NCBI GenBank assembly: GCA_036257375.1
Contig: DATAFR010000160.1
Location: forward strand, 22,063-86,062
Direction of reading: 5' to 3'
Source: Methyloceanibacter sp.
Lineage (GTDB): Bacteria; Pseudomonadota; Alphaproteobacteria; Rhizobiales; Methyloligellaceae
Length of the DNA: 64,000 nt
Within the stretch, counting starts at the first letter, position 1. Each line of letters starts with the position of its first letter. This document shows positions 19,108 to 31,998 of the stretch, piece after piece. The notes beneath the pieces are model-generated. The model was given only the letters and a program-made list of their open reading frames with translations, ran no database searches and was not told where the DNA came from. Position numbers and translations under genes: made by a program.

Positions 19108-22100
19108 TTATTGCACTGTGCCGGGACCAGGGAGGGCTGGAATTGGCGGCGCGCCGCCGACCTGAACCTCGAGGCCCTTGGGTGCTTGCGCCTCGACCGG
19201 CGCACGCGCCCGTTCGCGCTCGCGGCGCTTGCGGTGGCTGGCAAGAGCGGCGAGCAGGCTCGCCACGTCCTTGGGCGCCATCGGTTCTCCGTAATAATAG
19301 CCCTGGCCGTATTCGCAGCCGATCGAGCGCAGATAGGCTGCGTCTGCCTGCGTCTCGACGCCCTCGGCGACGACCTCCTTGCCGAGCTCATGCGCCAGCG
19401 CGATCACCGAGCGGAGGATCAGCGGAGTCGAGCCGTTGAGGCCACTATCGCGCACGAGCGAGCGATCGACCTTGATGGTGTCGCAAGGGAAGCGGTGCAG
19501 ATAGCTCAGCGAGCTATAGCCGGTGCCGAAATCGTCGAGCGCCAGGCTCGCGCCGAAGGTCTTGAGCCAGGTGAGGATCTCCACCGCGCGTTCCGGGTTC
19601 TCCATCACCAAAGACTCGGTGATCTCGAGCTTGAGCGTGCCACGCGGGACAGCCTCGCGCGCCAGCATCAGCCTGATTTCCTGCACCATGTCCTGACGGA
19701 AGAGCTGACGGCTCGACACGTTGACGCTGACGAAGAGCGGGTCGCGGTCGCGCGGCAAGACCTTGTGCCAGCGGCTCGCTTCCTCGAGCGCCTGGCCGAG
19801 CACGTAGCTGCCAAGCTCGACGATCAGCCCCGATTCCTCGGCGAGCGGGATGAAATCCTCGGCGCCGAGCCGGCCGCGCGTCGGATGATCCCAGCGGAGC
19901 AGCGCCTCGAAGCCGGCAAGCTGATTTGAGGCAAGCCGCGTGATGGGCTGGTAAAGCACGGCGATCTGCTGCCGCTCCAGCGCCTTGCGCAGATCGCTTT
20001 CGAGCGGAAGCTTGCTTTCGTCCTCGCCGCGCATGGCAGGATTGAAGATCTCGATACGATCGGCGCCGGCGCGCTTGGCTCGCAGCATGGCAAGCTCGCC
20101 TTCGCGCAGCATGTCTTGCGCCGTCTCCTGGCCGTCATGCACCACGATGCCGATCGAGGCGGTGAGGATGATCTCCTTGGCGCTGATCTTCATCGGCGTG
20201 CGTAGCGCCCGTCTCACCCGCTCGGCCAGCGTGGCCACGTGATGCGGGTCGCTCTCGGAGATCAAGAGGATAGCGAATTGATCGCCGCCGAGACGGGCGA
20301 GCGTGTCTTGCGGATTGAGGTGGCGGCCGAGCCTGCGGCCGAGCGTCAGCAGCATCGAGTCGCCGATGACGAGACCAAAGCTCTTGTTCACGTTCTTGAA
20401 GCGATCGATGTCGATGAAGAGGACGGTGGGACGGTTGGCCTGACCTTCGCGGGCGCGGGTGATGGCGCCTTGCAGTCGGTCCATGAACAGCTCGCGGTTG
20501 GGAAGCCCGGTCAGGCTGTCATGCACCGCGTCGTGGATCAAACGCTCATGGGAGCGCTTGAGATTGGTCACGTCGCGCATCAGCCCGGTGCAGCGCAACA
20601 GCCGCGCGTTCTCGCTCGGCGCCGCATGCGCGCGGAGATCGTACCAAAGATAGGTACCGTCATGACGCCGCAAACGGAAATCGAGCTGGAGATCGCCGCC
20701 ATTCTTCTCCTGGAGCGACCACAGCATCAGCCTGAAGCGCTCGCGGTCGGAGGCGTGCATATGCTGGAGGAAATCCTCAACCGCGACGTTGAGCGCGCCG
20801 GGCTCGAGCCCAAGCTCCTGCTCGACCTCGTTGGCGATCGAAATCTGGTCCCGGCTTGCGTTCCACTGGAAGACGTAGGCGCCGGAGCCATCGACGGCGA
20901 GCGACTTCATCTGCACGAGACTCGGCGGGCCGAGGCTCAACGGCGAGGAGCCGGAGCGGAAGGCGAATTGCGTCACGGTGAAGCCGAGCAGAACCAGGAT
21001 CAACACCAGCCCGGCGACCAGGCCCGATACGACGAGATCGCCGGAAAGCTTGCCGAGCACGATCATGGCGGCACCGAACAGCCACACGATGAACAGCATC
21101 CAGCTGGGGATGAGCGAGAGCGCGCGATCCTGGCCGCGCAGCGCGAAATAGGCGATCAGTCCGGTGCCGACGGCGGCGACGCCGACGAGCGAGCCGCGGG
21201 CCAACCCCGAGGCGACGGTCGGATCGACGATGGCGAGCAAGATCAGCGAGAACTGCGCGGCGATCCACGCCCAGAAGATGGTCTTGATCCAGACATGCCA
21301 AAGCCCGATGCGGAGGAAGGTGTAGAGGAACAGAACAAGGCTCGCGGCGAGCCCGGCTTCGGCGGCAGCGCGATAGAGCGCGGTGCGGTCGGGCCCCACT
21401 GGGAAGAGCTTGTTCCAGAAGCCGAAATCGACGCAGAAATAGGCGAGCGCCGCCCAAGCGACCAGCGCCGTGGCTGGGAAGATGGCGCGGTGATTGGCGG
21501 CGAAGATGGCGGTCAAGAAGATGGCGAGCAGGCCGGTGATGCCGAGCAGCACGCCGTTGAACAACATGCGATCCTGCTGCTTCGCCTGATAGGCGTTGGG
21601 GTCCCATAGCGTGAGCCGCGGCACTTGCGGCGAGCTCATCTCCGCGGCGAAGGTGATGGTCTGCCCCGGCTCGAGACTGAGCCGGTACATGTCGGCGCGG
21701 TCGCTTTTCAGCGGCTCGGGCCGGAAGCCGAGCGACGGCGTGACGGCGGCAATGCGCCCCGCATCGAGCTCCGGCCAGAACACGCGGCTATTGGCGAGCG
21801 TGTATCTCGACGCGACCAGCCAACGCACGATACGCTCCGAGGTCGGATTGGAAAGCGCGAAGACGAGCCATCCGGGATTGGTACCCGGCGTGGAGGCCGC
21901 CACCGCCATACGTCCAACAAAGCCATCAGGGCCGGGTGCGGTCTCGATCTGAAGGCGGTCGCCGCGGCCCTCGTAGAGCTCGCCCTTGGCGGTGATATCG
22001 ATCTTTTCCTGATTGGGCTCGACCGAGATCGCCTCGATGGCGTGAGCGAGCCCAGCCGGGAGGATGAACGAGCAAGCGAGGAGGGCAAAGACGAGCAGCG

Positions 22101-22167
22101 GCATGAGCCCGCTCCTCCGCCAGGAAGGCGCCGCTTCACCTCGCATTGAGGCGCTCAACTCCGCCAT
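19108..22167 (-). CDS. Membrane sensor with PAS, degenerate GGDEF (GGDQF) and EAL domains; probable c-di-GMP phosphodiesterase
   Basis: Periplasmic domain, multiple TM helices, PAS-like region, HDSLTGLPNR, RLGGDQF, GFEALLRW, LDDFGTGYSSL, VAEGVET. Start placed at 22167 because longer starts overlap the rimJ-like gene. Confidence 0.9.
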   Translation of the reverse strand: MAELSASMRGEAAPSWRRSGLMPLLVFALLACSFILPAGLAHAIEAISVEPNQEKIDITAKGELYEGRGDRLQIETAPGPDGFVGRMAVAASTPGTNPGWLVFALSNPTSERIVRWLVASRYTLANSRVFWPELDAGRIAAVTPSLGFRPEPLKSDRADMYRLSLEPGQTITFAAEMSSPQVPRLTLWDPNAYQAKQQDRMLFNGVLLGITGLLAIFLTAIFAANHRAIFPATALVAWAALAYFCVDFGFWNKLFPVGPDRTALYRAAAEAGLAASLVLFLYTFLRIGLWHVWIKTIFWAWIAAQFSLILLAIVDPTVASGLARGSLVGVAAVGTGLIAYFALRGQDRALSLIPSWMLFIVWLFGAAMIVLGKLSGDLVVSGLVAGLVLILVLLGFTVTQFAFRSGSSPLSLGPPSLVQMKSLAVDGSGAYVFQWNASRDQISIANEVEQELGLEPGALNVAVEDFLQHMHASDRERFRLMLWSLQEKNGGDLQLDFRLRRHDGTYLWYDLRAHAAPSENARLLRCTGLMRDVTNLKRSHERLIHDAVHDSLTGLPNRELFMDRLQGAITRAREGQANRPTVLFIDIDRFKNVNKSFGLVIGDSMLLTLGRRLGRHLNPQDTLARLGGDQFAILLISESDPHHVATLAERVRRALRTPMKISAKEIILTASIGIVVHDGQETAQDMLREGELAMLRAKRAGADRIEIFNPAMRGEDESKLPLESDLRKALERQQIAVLYQPITRLASNQLAGFEALLRWDHPTRGRLGAEDFIPLAEESGLIVELGSYVLGQALEEASRWHKVLPRDRDPLFVSVNVSSRQLFRQDMVQEIRLMLAREAVPRGTLKLEITESLVMENPERAVEILTWLKTFGASLALDDFGTGYSSLSYLHRFPCDTIKVDRSLVRDSGLNGSTPLILRSVIALAHELGKEVVAEGVETQADAAYLRSIGCEYGQGYYYGEPMAPKDVASLLAALASHRKRRERERARAPVEAQAPKGLEVQVGGAPPIPALPGPGTVQ

Positions 22168-22202
22168 TCCTCCCCCCGTCTTCATGCTGGCTCGCGACAC
22201 GC

Positions 22203-22790
22203 TTAAGGGCGCATGTCGGTATCGAGCAGCGCGTAAAGCAGGTGGTCTTGCCAGACGCCATTGATCCGCAAATAGCGACGCGCGAGGCCCTCGCGCTTGA
22301 AACCCGTCTTCTCCAAAAGCCTGATCGAGGCCTGGTTGGTCGGCAGGCAAGCCGCTTCCAGCCGGTGCAACTCAAGCGAATCGAACACGAACGGAACTAC
22401 GGCGCGCACGGCCGCCGTCATATAGCCTTGCTGGGCATATTTGGCGCCAACCCAATAGCCGAGCGTGCAGGACTGGGTGACGCCGCGTCGCACATTGCAA
22501 AGCGTCAATCCCCCGACCAGATGTCCGGTCGAGGCGGCGAAGATGAACAGGGCATAGCCCACATCCTCGCGGAGATCGCGGAGGTAGTGGCGCACCCGCC
22601 TGCGGAACGAGGCGCGGGACAACTCGTCGCTCGCCCAAAGCGGTTCCCATGGCGTGAGGAAATCGCGGCTTTGCGCCCTGAGCTCGGCCCAAGCCGGGTA
22701 GTCTGACATCTGCGGCGTACGCAACATCACAAGGTCTGACTCGATGACCGGCCCTAGGTCGCTCGGTGAGGCGGCTCGCAATAAGGCCAT
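22203..22790 (-). CDS. rimJ: RimJ-like GNAT acetyltransferase
   Basis: FLTPWEP.W, RRGVTQSCTLGYW, LHRLEAACLPTN.ASIRLLEK.GF, YLRING.WQDH. Confidence 0.85.
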   Translation of the reverse strand: MALLRAASPSDLGPVIESDLVMLRTPQMSDYPAWAELRAQSRDFLTPWEPLWASDELSRASFRRRVRHYLRDLREDVGYALFIFAASTGHLVGGLTLCNVRRGVTQSCTLGYWVGAKYAQQGYMTAAVRAVVPFVFDSLELHRLEAACLPTNQASIRLLEKTGFKREGLARRYLRINGVWQDHLLYALLDTDMRP

Positions 22791-22806
22791 GGCTCAAACA
22801 CCCCTC

Positions 22807-24087
22807 TCAAGCGGCCCGGCTGGACGGGACGGTGAATCTTTCCGCCACCCTATCGAATCTTGCAACATGAAGAATGGGCCCGACCGTGGCAAGGCTTAAC
22901 GGGGAGGCGAGCATGCGCGAAACCAAGGCTTGCAGGTCTTCCGCTTGGACCTGTTCGACCTTCTCGATCAATTCCTCGGTCGTGAGCGGGCGCCCATGAA
23001 TCAGGATCTGCCGGGCCAGCTGTTCGGCGCGGGCGCTTGAGCTTTCCAGCCCCGCGAGCAGGCCCATCTTGATCTGGGCTTTGACGCGGGAAATCTCCTC
23101 CTCGCGGAAGCCCTCGTCGGCGGCCTTCACCAGCTCGTCCCTAATCACCCCGAACAGCTCATGCGCCCGTTCAGGGCCGCCGGCGGCATGGATGCCGAAC
23201 ATGCCGCTGTCGGAGAGGCCGCTGGAAAATGAATAGATCGCGTAGCAGAGCCCGCGCCGCTCGCGCACTTCTTGGAACAGGCGCGAGGACATGCCGCCGC
23301 CGAGCGCGCCGGCGCAGATCTGCGCGGTGAAATAGTCGGGATGACGATAGGCCGGTCCTTGGAAGGCAAGCACGAGATGGGTCTGCTCGAATGGCTTTCC
23401 GGACCGCCTGGCGCCCCCTTGGTAGAGAGCGCCCTCAGGGAGAGGCGCGGCCTTCATGTCGAAGCTGCCGAGCCGCAGCTCGGCCTCGGCGACGAGCGCT
23501 TTGTGATCGACGGCGCCAGCGGCCGCCAGCACCATGCTCGGCCCATGATAGTGCGAGGAGAGATACGAGCCAAGATGGGCGCGCTTGAAGCGCCTCACGC
23601 TCTTGGCCGTGCCGAGGATCGGACGGCCGACCGGCTGGTCCGGAAAGGCCGCCTCCTGCACCAGATCGAAAGCGATGTCCTCCGGCGAGTCCTGGGCTGC
23701 CGCAATCTCTTGCAGGATGACGTCGCGCTCGCGCGCCAGCTCGCTAGGCTCGAAGCTTGGAGCGACGATGATATCGCTCAAGATGTCGAGCGCGAGCGGC
23801 ATGTCCTTGCGCAGCACGCGCGCGTAGTAAGCGGTGGAGTCGACCCCGGTCGCGGCGTTGAGCTCGCCGCCCACCGCCTCGATCTCCTCGGCGATGTCCT
23901 TGGCACTTCGCCGCGCGGTGCCCTTGAAGGCCATGTGCTCCAGGAAATGGGCGATGCCGTGCTCGCCAATCGCCTCGCTGCGGCTGCCGGCGCCGACCCA
24001 GATGCCGAGCGACACGGTCTCGACCTCGGCCATGGCGTGGCTGACCACGGTCAGCCCGTTGGCAAGCCGTGAGCGCTCGACACTCAC
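22807..24087 (-). CDS. M16 family zinc peptidase (mitochondrial-processing-peptidase-like)
   Basis: GIAHFLEHMAFKGT (HXXEH), GGMSSRLFQEVRE.RGLCY. Confidence 0.93.
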   Translation of the reverse strand: MSVERSRLANGLTVVSHAMAEVETVSLGIWVGAGSRSEAIGEHGIAHFLEHMAFKGTARRSAKDIAEEIEAVGGELNAATGVDSTAYYARVLRKDMPLALDILSDIIVAPSFEPSELARERDVILQEIAAAQDSPEDIAFDLVQEAAFPDQPVGRPILGTAKSVRRFKRAHLGSYLSSHYHGPSMVLAAAGAVDHKALVAEAELRLGSFDMKAAPLPEGALYQGGARRSGKPFEQTHLVLAFQGPAYRHPDYFTAQICAGALGGGMSSRLFQEVRERRGLCYAIYSFSSGLSDSGMFGIHAAGGPERAHELFGVIRDELVKAADEGFREEEISRVKAQIKMGLLAGLESSSARAEQLARQILIHGRPLTTEELIEKVEQVQAEDLQALVSRMLASPLSLATVGPILHVARFDRVAERFTVPSSRAA

Positions 24088-25526
24088 ACGCGCACCTTGG
24101 CGCGGCGACCGCCGCTCGATCCGGTTATTCTGCCGGCGCGCGCGTTCTTCTCGATGAAGCTAGCGACCGCCGCATAGTCGTTCGGCAGCATGGCGCAGTG
24201 CTCGTGCTGGCCTAGTCTCAGCCGCAAACGCTCAGGCTGCTCGGGTACGCGGCCCGAAGCCCGCTCGACGGCCTCGGGAAACTTGGCGGGATGAGCCGTG
24301 GAGAGCACGACCATCGGTGTCCTCCCAAGTCCGCTCTCCGCGCGCGACGCGGCGACCGCAACGGCGGTATGCGGGTCGGCAAGCACGCCGGTCTCCTCGT
24401 AGAGGCCGCGAATGGTCATCTCCGTCTCATGTTCGCCGATCGAATGCGCGCCGAACAGTTCGCGCAAACCTGAAAGCTCGGCCTCGTTCAGGCGGAAAGC
24501 CCCCGTCTTGCGCAATTCCGCCATCAGGGACCTCACCCGCGCGGGATCGCGGGCGGCAAGCTCGAACATAAGGCGCTCGAAATTGCTCGCAAGCTGGATG
24601 TCCATGCTCGGGCTTGAGGTGGCGATCACGTTCTTAGGCTCGTAGATACCGGAGCCTAGCGCCCGGGGGAGACTGTCGTTGAGGTTCGTGGCAATAACGA
24701 GGCGCGCGACCGGCAAGCCCATCGCGCGGGCCGCGTAACCCGCGAAAATATCACCGAAATTTCCGGTGGGCACGGTGAAGGCGACCTCGCGATGGGGCGC
24801 GCCGAGGCTGATGCCGGCGGTGAAGTAATAGGGAATCTGCGCGAGGATGCGGGCGAAGTTGATCGAGTTGATGCCCGTCAGCGCGAGCCGGTCCCGCAGC
24901 GCGAGATCGCTGAACAGACCTTTCACGATGGTCTGGCAGTCGTCGAAGGTGCCTTCCACGGCAATGTTGTGAACGTTCTCTTCGGTGGCGGTCGTCATCT
25001 GGCGGCGCTGCACGTCGCTGATGCGGCCCTTCGGATGCAGGATAAAGATGTCGATCGCCTCGAGTCCGCGGAAGGCCTCGATGGCCGCGGCGCCAGTGTC
25101 CCCGGAGGTCGCCCCGATCACCATCGCATGCGCACCTTTGCGCAACAGGGCGCGGTTCATCAGCCGCGCCACCACCTGCATGGCGAGGTCCTTGAAGGCG
25201 AGCGTCGGCCCATGGAACAGCTCGAGGATGAAAGTATTGGGCGCGATCTGGCGCAATGGTGCCACCGCAGGGTGGTGGAAGCTGCCATAAGCCTCCTCCA
25301 GCACGCTCTCCAGATCGGGAAGGCAAGCATCGCCTTCCAGGAAAGGCCGCATGACGCGATTGGCGGCGTCGGCATAGTCGAGGCCTGCGAGACCCGAGAT
25401 CGCCTTCGGCTCGAGTTTCGGCCAGGCTTTAGGCATGAAGAGGCCGCCGTCGCGGGCAAGCGCGGCAAGGAGCGCGCCTTCAAAGGAAAGCGCCGGCGCT
25501 TCGCCACGCGTTGAGACAAATTTCAC
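24084..25526 (-). CDS. thrC: Threonine synthase
   Basis: GTG 25526 giving MKFVSTRG. LELFHGPTLAFKD, GATSGDTG, NSINFARI, VPTGNFGD, TAHPAKF. Confidence 0.96.
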   Translation of the reverse strand: MKFVSTRGEAPALSFEGALLAALARDGGLFMPKAWPKLEPKAISGLAGLDYADAANRVMRPFLEGDACLPDLESVLEEAYGSFHHPAVAPLRQIAPNTFILELFHGPTLAFKDLAMQVVARLMNRALLRKGAHAMVIGATSGDTGAAAIEAFRGLEAIDIFILHPKGRISDVQRRQMTTATEENVHNIAVEGTFDDCQTIVKGLFSDLALRDRLALTGINSINFARILAQIPYYFTAGISLGAPHREVAFTVPTGNFGDIFAGYAARAMGLPVARLVIATNLNDSLPRALGSGIYEPKNVIATSSPSMDIQLASNFERLMFELAARDPARVRSLMAELRKTGAFRLNEAELSGLRELFGAHSIGEHETEMTIRGLYEETGVLADPHTAVAVAASRAESGLGRTPMVVLSTAHPAKFPEAVERASGRVPEQPERLRLRLGQHEHCAMLPNDYAAVASFIEKNARAGRITGSSGGRRAKVRV

Positions 25527-25609
25527 GGCACGCCTCGTCCCGGAGGAAATTGGGGGGTCTCGGCGCGAACCTAGCCTTCGCCGCGCTGCCCCGCAACTGG
25601 ACGAGGACA

Positions 25610-26329
25610 CTATCCTAAAGGAGTTCTCGGCCGGAATGCCGAGCGCAGAAAGATCGCATAGACGAGGAGGAGAGCCGCGGCGAGGAGGAACCAGGTGATG
25701 GCGTATTGCAGGTGGTTGTTGGGAAGCTCGAGCCTCGTCTGACCACCCTCGGGCCACCCGCCGGGGATCTCGCTCTTCTCCGCGTCGAGAAAGAAGGGCG
25801 CCACCTCGGTGCCCGCCGCACGCGCCATGGCATGAAGGTCGCGCCAGAACCAACGATTGGCCCCGACCTCGCTGTCGGGCGTGAACGCGCCTTGAGCCTC
25901 AGGCACATGCACGATGCCGGTCACGGTAACGACACCGCCCAATTCTCCTTTGGGACGCGAAGCGGGATCTCTCAGCGCCTCCGGCACGAAGCCGCGGTCG
26001 ACGAGCACGACCGCGCCGTCCTCCGTCTTGAGCGGGGTGATGACATGCCAGCCCGCCCTCCCCTCCGACACGGCGTAGAGATAGAGCTCCTTGGCGTGAT
26101 CGAATCTGCCGGCGACAGTCACCCGGTAGTAGCTCGGGTCGCGCCCGCCCTTGGCGATCGCAACCGCCTCGGCAAGAGTGATGGGCGCCGCCTTGGTGCG
26201 CGCCTCGATGTCGGCGATCAGTCCTTCCTTCCAGTGCAGGCGCTGGACTTGCCACACGCCAAGCCCGATCAGTACGGCGAGGGCGGCAAGCGTCAGCGCC
26301 GTGAGCGCAAGCAGGCTCTTCGTCTGCAT
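25610..26329 (-). CDS. SURF1/Shy1 cytochrome oxidase assembly protein
   Basis: LGVWQVQRLHWKE, LVDRGFVP, NNHLQYAITWF. Confidence 0.93.
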   Translation of the reverse strand: MQTKSLLALTALTLAALAVLIGLGVWQVQRLHWKEGLIADIEARTKAAPITLAEAVAIAKGGRDPSYYRVTVAGRFDHAKELYLYAVSEGRAGWHVITPLKTEDGAVVLVDRGFVPEALRDPASRPKGELGGVVTVTGIVHVPEAQGAFTPDSEVGANRWFWRDLHAMARAAGTEVAPFFLDAEKSEIPGGWPEGGQTRLELPNNHLQYAITWFLLAAALLLVYAIFLRSAFRPRTPLG

Positions 26330-26338
26330 TGACCGGCC

Positions 26339-26731
26339 TTATTCCGACATGAGCTTGCCCTCTTCCGCCCGGTGCCGGAACTGAAGCCCAATCAGCGCGC
26401 CCTTGAACGAGCGAAGTAGAACCAGCGGCAGGAGGATGGCGAGGGAGCCCCAGAGGACCGCGTGCAGCCAATAAGGCGGCGTATAAAGGATCTCGGCCGC
26501 CAGCGCGAGGCCGACCACCACGAAGCCCGTCACGAGAATGACGAAGACGGCGGGCCCATCCCCGGAATCGGCGAAGCCATAATCGAGCCCGCATACATCG
26601 CATTTGGGAGCGAGCGTGAGATAGCCGGAATAGAGCTTACCGCGGTGGCAGGACGGGCAGCGCCCGGCGATCCCGGCCCAAAGCGTCGAGCCGAGGGACG
26701 GAACATCGTGGCTATGCGCTCTCTCGCCCAT
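26339..26731 (-). CDS. DUF983 family protein
   Basis: GRCPSCHRGKLY...C.VCGLDY, DSGDGPA, QFRH.A.EG. Confidence 0.88.
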   Translation of the reverse strand: MGERAHSHDVPSLGSTLWAGIAGRCPSCHRGKLYSGYLTLAPKCDVCGLDYGFADSGDGPAVFVILVTGFVVVGLALAAEILYTPPYWLHAVLWGSLAILLPLVLLRSFKGALIGLQFRHRAEEGKLMSE

Positions 26732-26753
26732 CTCGTTTCCTCAAAACGCAAAT

Positions 26754-26777
26754 GGGGCGGCCGCAAGCGACCGCCCC
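26754..26777 (-). terminator. Possible terminator hairpin after ctaE
   Basis: Minus strand GGGGCGGTCG-CTTG-CGGCCGCCCC, followed by ATTTGCGTTTT. Confidence 0.45.
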
Positions 26778-26802
26778 CCGCAATGTGCGCGGCATCCCGT
26801 CG

Positions 26803-27690
26803 CTAGTGTCCCGGAGCGCTGCCGGCTCCCCACACATAGATGCAGGTGAACAGGAACAGCCACACCACGTCGACGAAGTGCCAATACCAGGCGGCGGCCT
26901 CGAAGCCGAAATGTTGCTTCGGCGTGAAGTCGCCGCGCATCGCCCGGATCAGGCAAACGGTGAGAAAGATGGTGCCGACAATCACATGGAAGCCGTGGAA
27001 GCCGGTCGCCATGAAGAAGGTCGAGCCATAGATGTGGTTGGCGAAGCCGAAGCCGGCATGCATGTACTCATAGGCTTGGCAGGCGGTGAACAAGACGCCG
27101 AGCACGATGGTGCAGGCGAGCCCCCACACCAGCCCCTTGCGATTGTTCTCGAGCAGCGAATGATGCGCCCAGGTCACGGTCGTGCCTGATGTGAGCAGGA
27201 TCAGCGTGTTGACGAAGGGCAGGCCCCAGGGATCGAAGGTATGCTTGAAGCTGCCAAGACCGGGAATGTCGGTCTCGGCGCTCGGAACCGGTGGCCACTG
27301 GCCGCCGAGCACTTGCGTGCGGGCATAAGTGATGGCGTCGTCGGGATAGAGTGCTGCGTCGAAATAGGCCCAGAACCACGCGACGAAGAACATCACCTCA
27401 GAGGCGATGAACAGGATCATGCCGTAGCGCAAATGCAGCTGCACCACCGGCGTCTCGTAGCCCTCATGCGCCTCTTTGATCACGTCGCGCCACCAGCCGA
27501 ACATGGTGAAGATGACGATCAGAAGGCCGGGGAGCACGTACCAGAGATTAGGATCGCCGGCTTTCCTCGAGATGAAGTAGAGGATGGCGCCAATGGCAAG
27601 CGTCAGCCCGCCGATTGCCCCCACGATCGGCCACGGGCTCGGATCGACGAGATGATAATCGTGTTGTGGTTTGGCGTGCGCTTCAGCCAT
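26803..27690 (-). CDS. ctaE: Cytochrome c oxidase subunit III
   Basis: HDYHLVDPSPWP, LFIASEVMFF, TGFHGFHV, AAWYWHFVDVVWLFL. Confidence 0.97.
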   Translation of the reverse strand: MAEAHAKPQHDYHLVDPSPWPIVGAIGGLTLAIGAILYFISRKAGDPNLWYVLPGLLIVIFTMFGWWRDVIKEAHEGYETPVVQLHLRYGMILFIASEVMFFVAWFWAYFDAALYPDDAITYARTQVLGGQWPPVPSAETDIPGLGSFKHTFDPWGLPFVNTLILLTSGTTVTWAHHSLLENNRKGLVWGLACTIVLGVLFTACQAYEYMHAGFGFANHIYGSTFFMATGFHGFHVIVGTIFLTVCLIRAMRGDFTPKQHFGFEAAAWYWHFVDVVWLFLFTCIYVWGAGSAPGH

Positions 27691-27747
27691 GGTTCGCTCC
27701 GTTTCCTCCCAATCCTGCCGAGGCGGGATGCCGCCTCGTGATTCTCG

Positions 27748-28332
27748 CTATCCCGAATTGCCCGCAGGCTCGGCGGCGTCGCCTTCCGAGCTGGGGTAGA
27801 ACGTATAAGACAAGGTGATCTCGGAGATGTTCTTGGTGTCCTCGTCGTCCACGATCTTCGGATCGACGAAGAACGTCACCGGCATCTCCACGCTCGCTCC
27901 GGCGGCGAGCGTCTGCTCCTTGAAGCAGAAGCACTCGATCTTGGTGAAATAGCGTCCGGCCAGCTCGGGAACCACGTTGAACACGGCGGTGCCGCTGACC
28001 GGTGCTTGCGAATTATTCGAGGCCTTGAAGAAGGCGAGCTCGGTCTCGCCGATCTTGACGTCGACCGTGCGCTTCTCCGGCGCGAAGGTCCAAGGCAGCG
28101 CTCGATCGACATTGGCGTCGAAGCGAACGCGGATGGTGCGGTCGAGAACCGTGTCGGACGCGTGCTCGGCGCGCTGCGGCACGCCGCCATAGCCGGTCAC
28201 TTGGCAAAACATGCGGTAAAGCGGCACGGAAGCGAAGGCGAGCCCGGTCATGCCGGCCACCAGGCCGACAAGCGCAAGCGCAATGGCGCCGTGGCCGCGC
28301 GACGTGTCGTGATGCTGTCCGTTATCGCTCAT
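27748..28332 (-). CDS. ctaG: Cytochrome c oxidase assembly protein CtaG/Cox11
   Basis: VPLYRMFCQVTGYGG, YFTKIECFCF, TLSYTF. Confidence 0.96.
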   Translation of the reverse strand: MSDNGQHHDTSRGHGAIALALVGLVAGMTGLAFASVPLYRMFCQVTGYGGVPQRAEHASDTVLDRTIRVRFDANVDRALPWTFAPEKRTVDVKIGETELAFFKASNNSQAPVSGTAVFNVVPELAGRYFTKIECFCFKEQTLAAGASVEMPVTFFVDPKIVDDEDTKNISEITLSYTFYPSSEGDAAEPAGNSG

Positions 28333-28341
28333 TGCCGGAGC

Positions 28342-28485
28342 TCATAGCGGCCGGTTGGCGACATTGCCGCCGAGCCTGACGATGGTGACGATAAAGAACA
28401 GCACCACGAGCGCCGCCAGGATCCAGGCGATGGCCAGAGATCGCATGCGTTGGCGGCGTTGGCGCTCCTTTTCCGCATCTTGCAT
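28342..28485 (-). CDS. Small single-TM protein (47 aa) of the cox cluster, absent from the ORF track
   Basis: [47 protein letters not shown]. The ATG overlaps the ctaB stop (TGATG coupling). Confidence 0.8.
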   Translation of the reverse strand: MQDAEKERQRRQRMRSLAIAWILAALVVLFFIVTIVRLGGNVANRPL

Positions 28486-29435
28486 CACAACGCCCAGAGT
28501 GACGGCAAAGTGCTGCCGTCGATGCCGAAGCCCTGCTCGACGAGAAGAACCGCGAACAGGAGGAACAGGTAAAGCACGGAATAGGCAAAGAGGTTCTTAG
28601 CGGCGCGATCCGCCGCCTCCCCTTCCCTTTCCCAGTAGCAGTCGAGGGCCATTACCACGAACAGCGAGCCGAGCACCGAGGCCGCGATCATGTAAAGCGT
28701 GCCGCCAAGGCCGAGGATTGCAGGCACCATGCCGAGCGGCGCGAGGATGAGGCTGTAGATCAAGATCTGCAGCCGCGTAGCGTCGGCGCCGGAGACGACC
28801 GGCAGCATCGGCACGCCGGCACGCGCATAGTCGCGGGTTCTGAGCAGAGCCAGCGCCCAGAAGTGCGGCGGGGTCCAGACGAAAATGATGAGGAAGAGCA
28901 CAAGGGAGTCGAGGCTGACGCCCCCTCCGGCCGCGGCCCAGCCGATCATCGGCGGGAAGGCACCGGCGGCGCCGCCAATGACGATGTTCTGCGGCGTCGT
29001 CCGCTTGAGCCACATCGTGTAAATGAAAACATAGAAGCCGATTGTGAGCGCGAGCAGCGCGGCAGCGAGCCAATTGGCCATCAGCCCGAGGCAGAGCACG
29101 GAGCCGAGCGCGAGCACGACGCCGAAGGAGCGCGCTTCTTCCGCGCTCACCCGGCCGCGCGGCACCGGCCGCGCCGCGGTGCGCGTCATGGCCGCATCGA
29201 TATCGGCGTCGTACCACATATTGAGCGCGCCGGAAGCGCCGGCACCTGCGGCGATGCAGAGGAGCGAGGCGATGGCAAGCACGGGATGCATGGAGCCCGG
29301 CGCCGCGATGAGTCCGACCAGAGCCGTGAACACTACGAGGAACATGACCCGTGGCTTCATCAGCGCGAAATAATCGGCGACGTCGCCGCCGGTATCGGCT
29401 TCGACCGCCCTTACTGAATATGCGACGTCGACCAT
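28485..29435 (-). CDS. ctaB: Protoheme IX farnesyltransferase (heme o synthase)
   Basis: [48 protein letters not shown]. Confidence 0.96.
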   Translation of the reverse strand: MVDVAYSVRAVEADTGGDVADYFALMKPRVMFLVVFTALVGLIAAPGSMHPVLAIASLLCIAAGAGASGALNMWYDADIDAAMTRTAARPVPRGRVSAEEARSFGVVLALGSVLCLGLMANWLAAALLALTIGFYVFIYTMWLKRTTPQNIVIGGAAGAFPPMIGWAAAGGGVSLDSLVLFLIIFVWTPPHFWALALLRTRDYARAGVPMLPVVSGADATRLQILIYSLILAPLGMVPAILGLGGTLYMIAASVLGSLFVVMALDCYWEREGEAADRAAKNLFAYSVLYLFLLFAVLLVEQGFGIDGSTLPSLWAL

Positions 29436-29498
29436 GCCTCACTCATTCAAGATTGCGGTTGAGGCCCGGGACATGCCCGAGCCTCCAAGCGTGTCTGC

Positions 29499-31998
<2,500 letters not shown>

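Noticed and set aside
25581-25600. CCGCGCTGCCCCGCAACTG resembling part of a cobalamin riboswitch
   Set aside because: It is on the strand opposite the local genes, lies in an 83-nt gap, and the other conserved riboswitch elements are absent.
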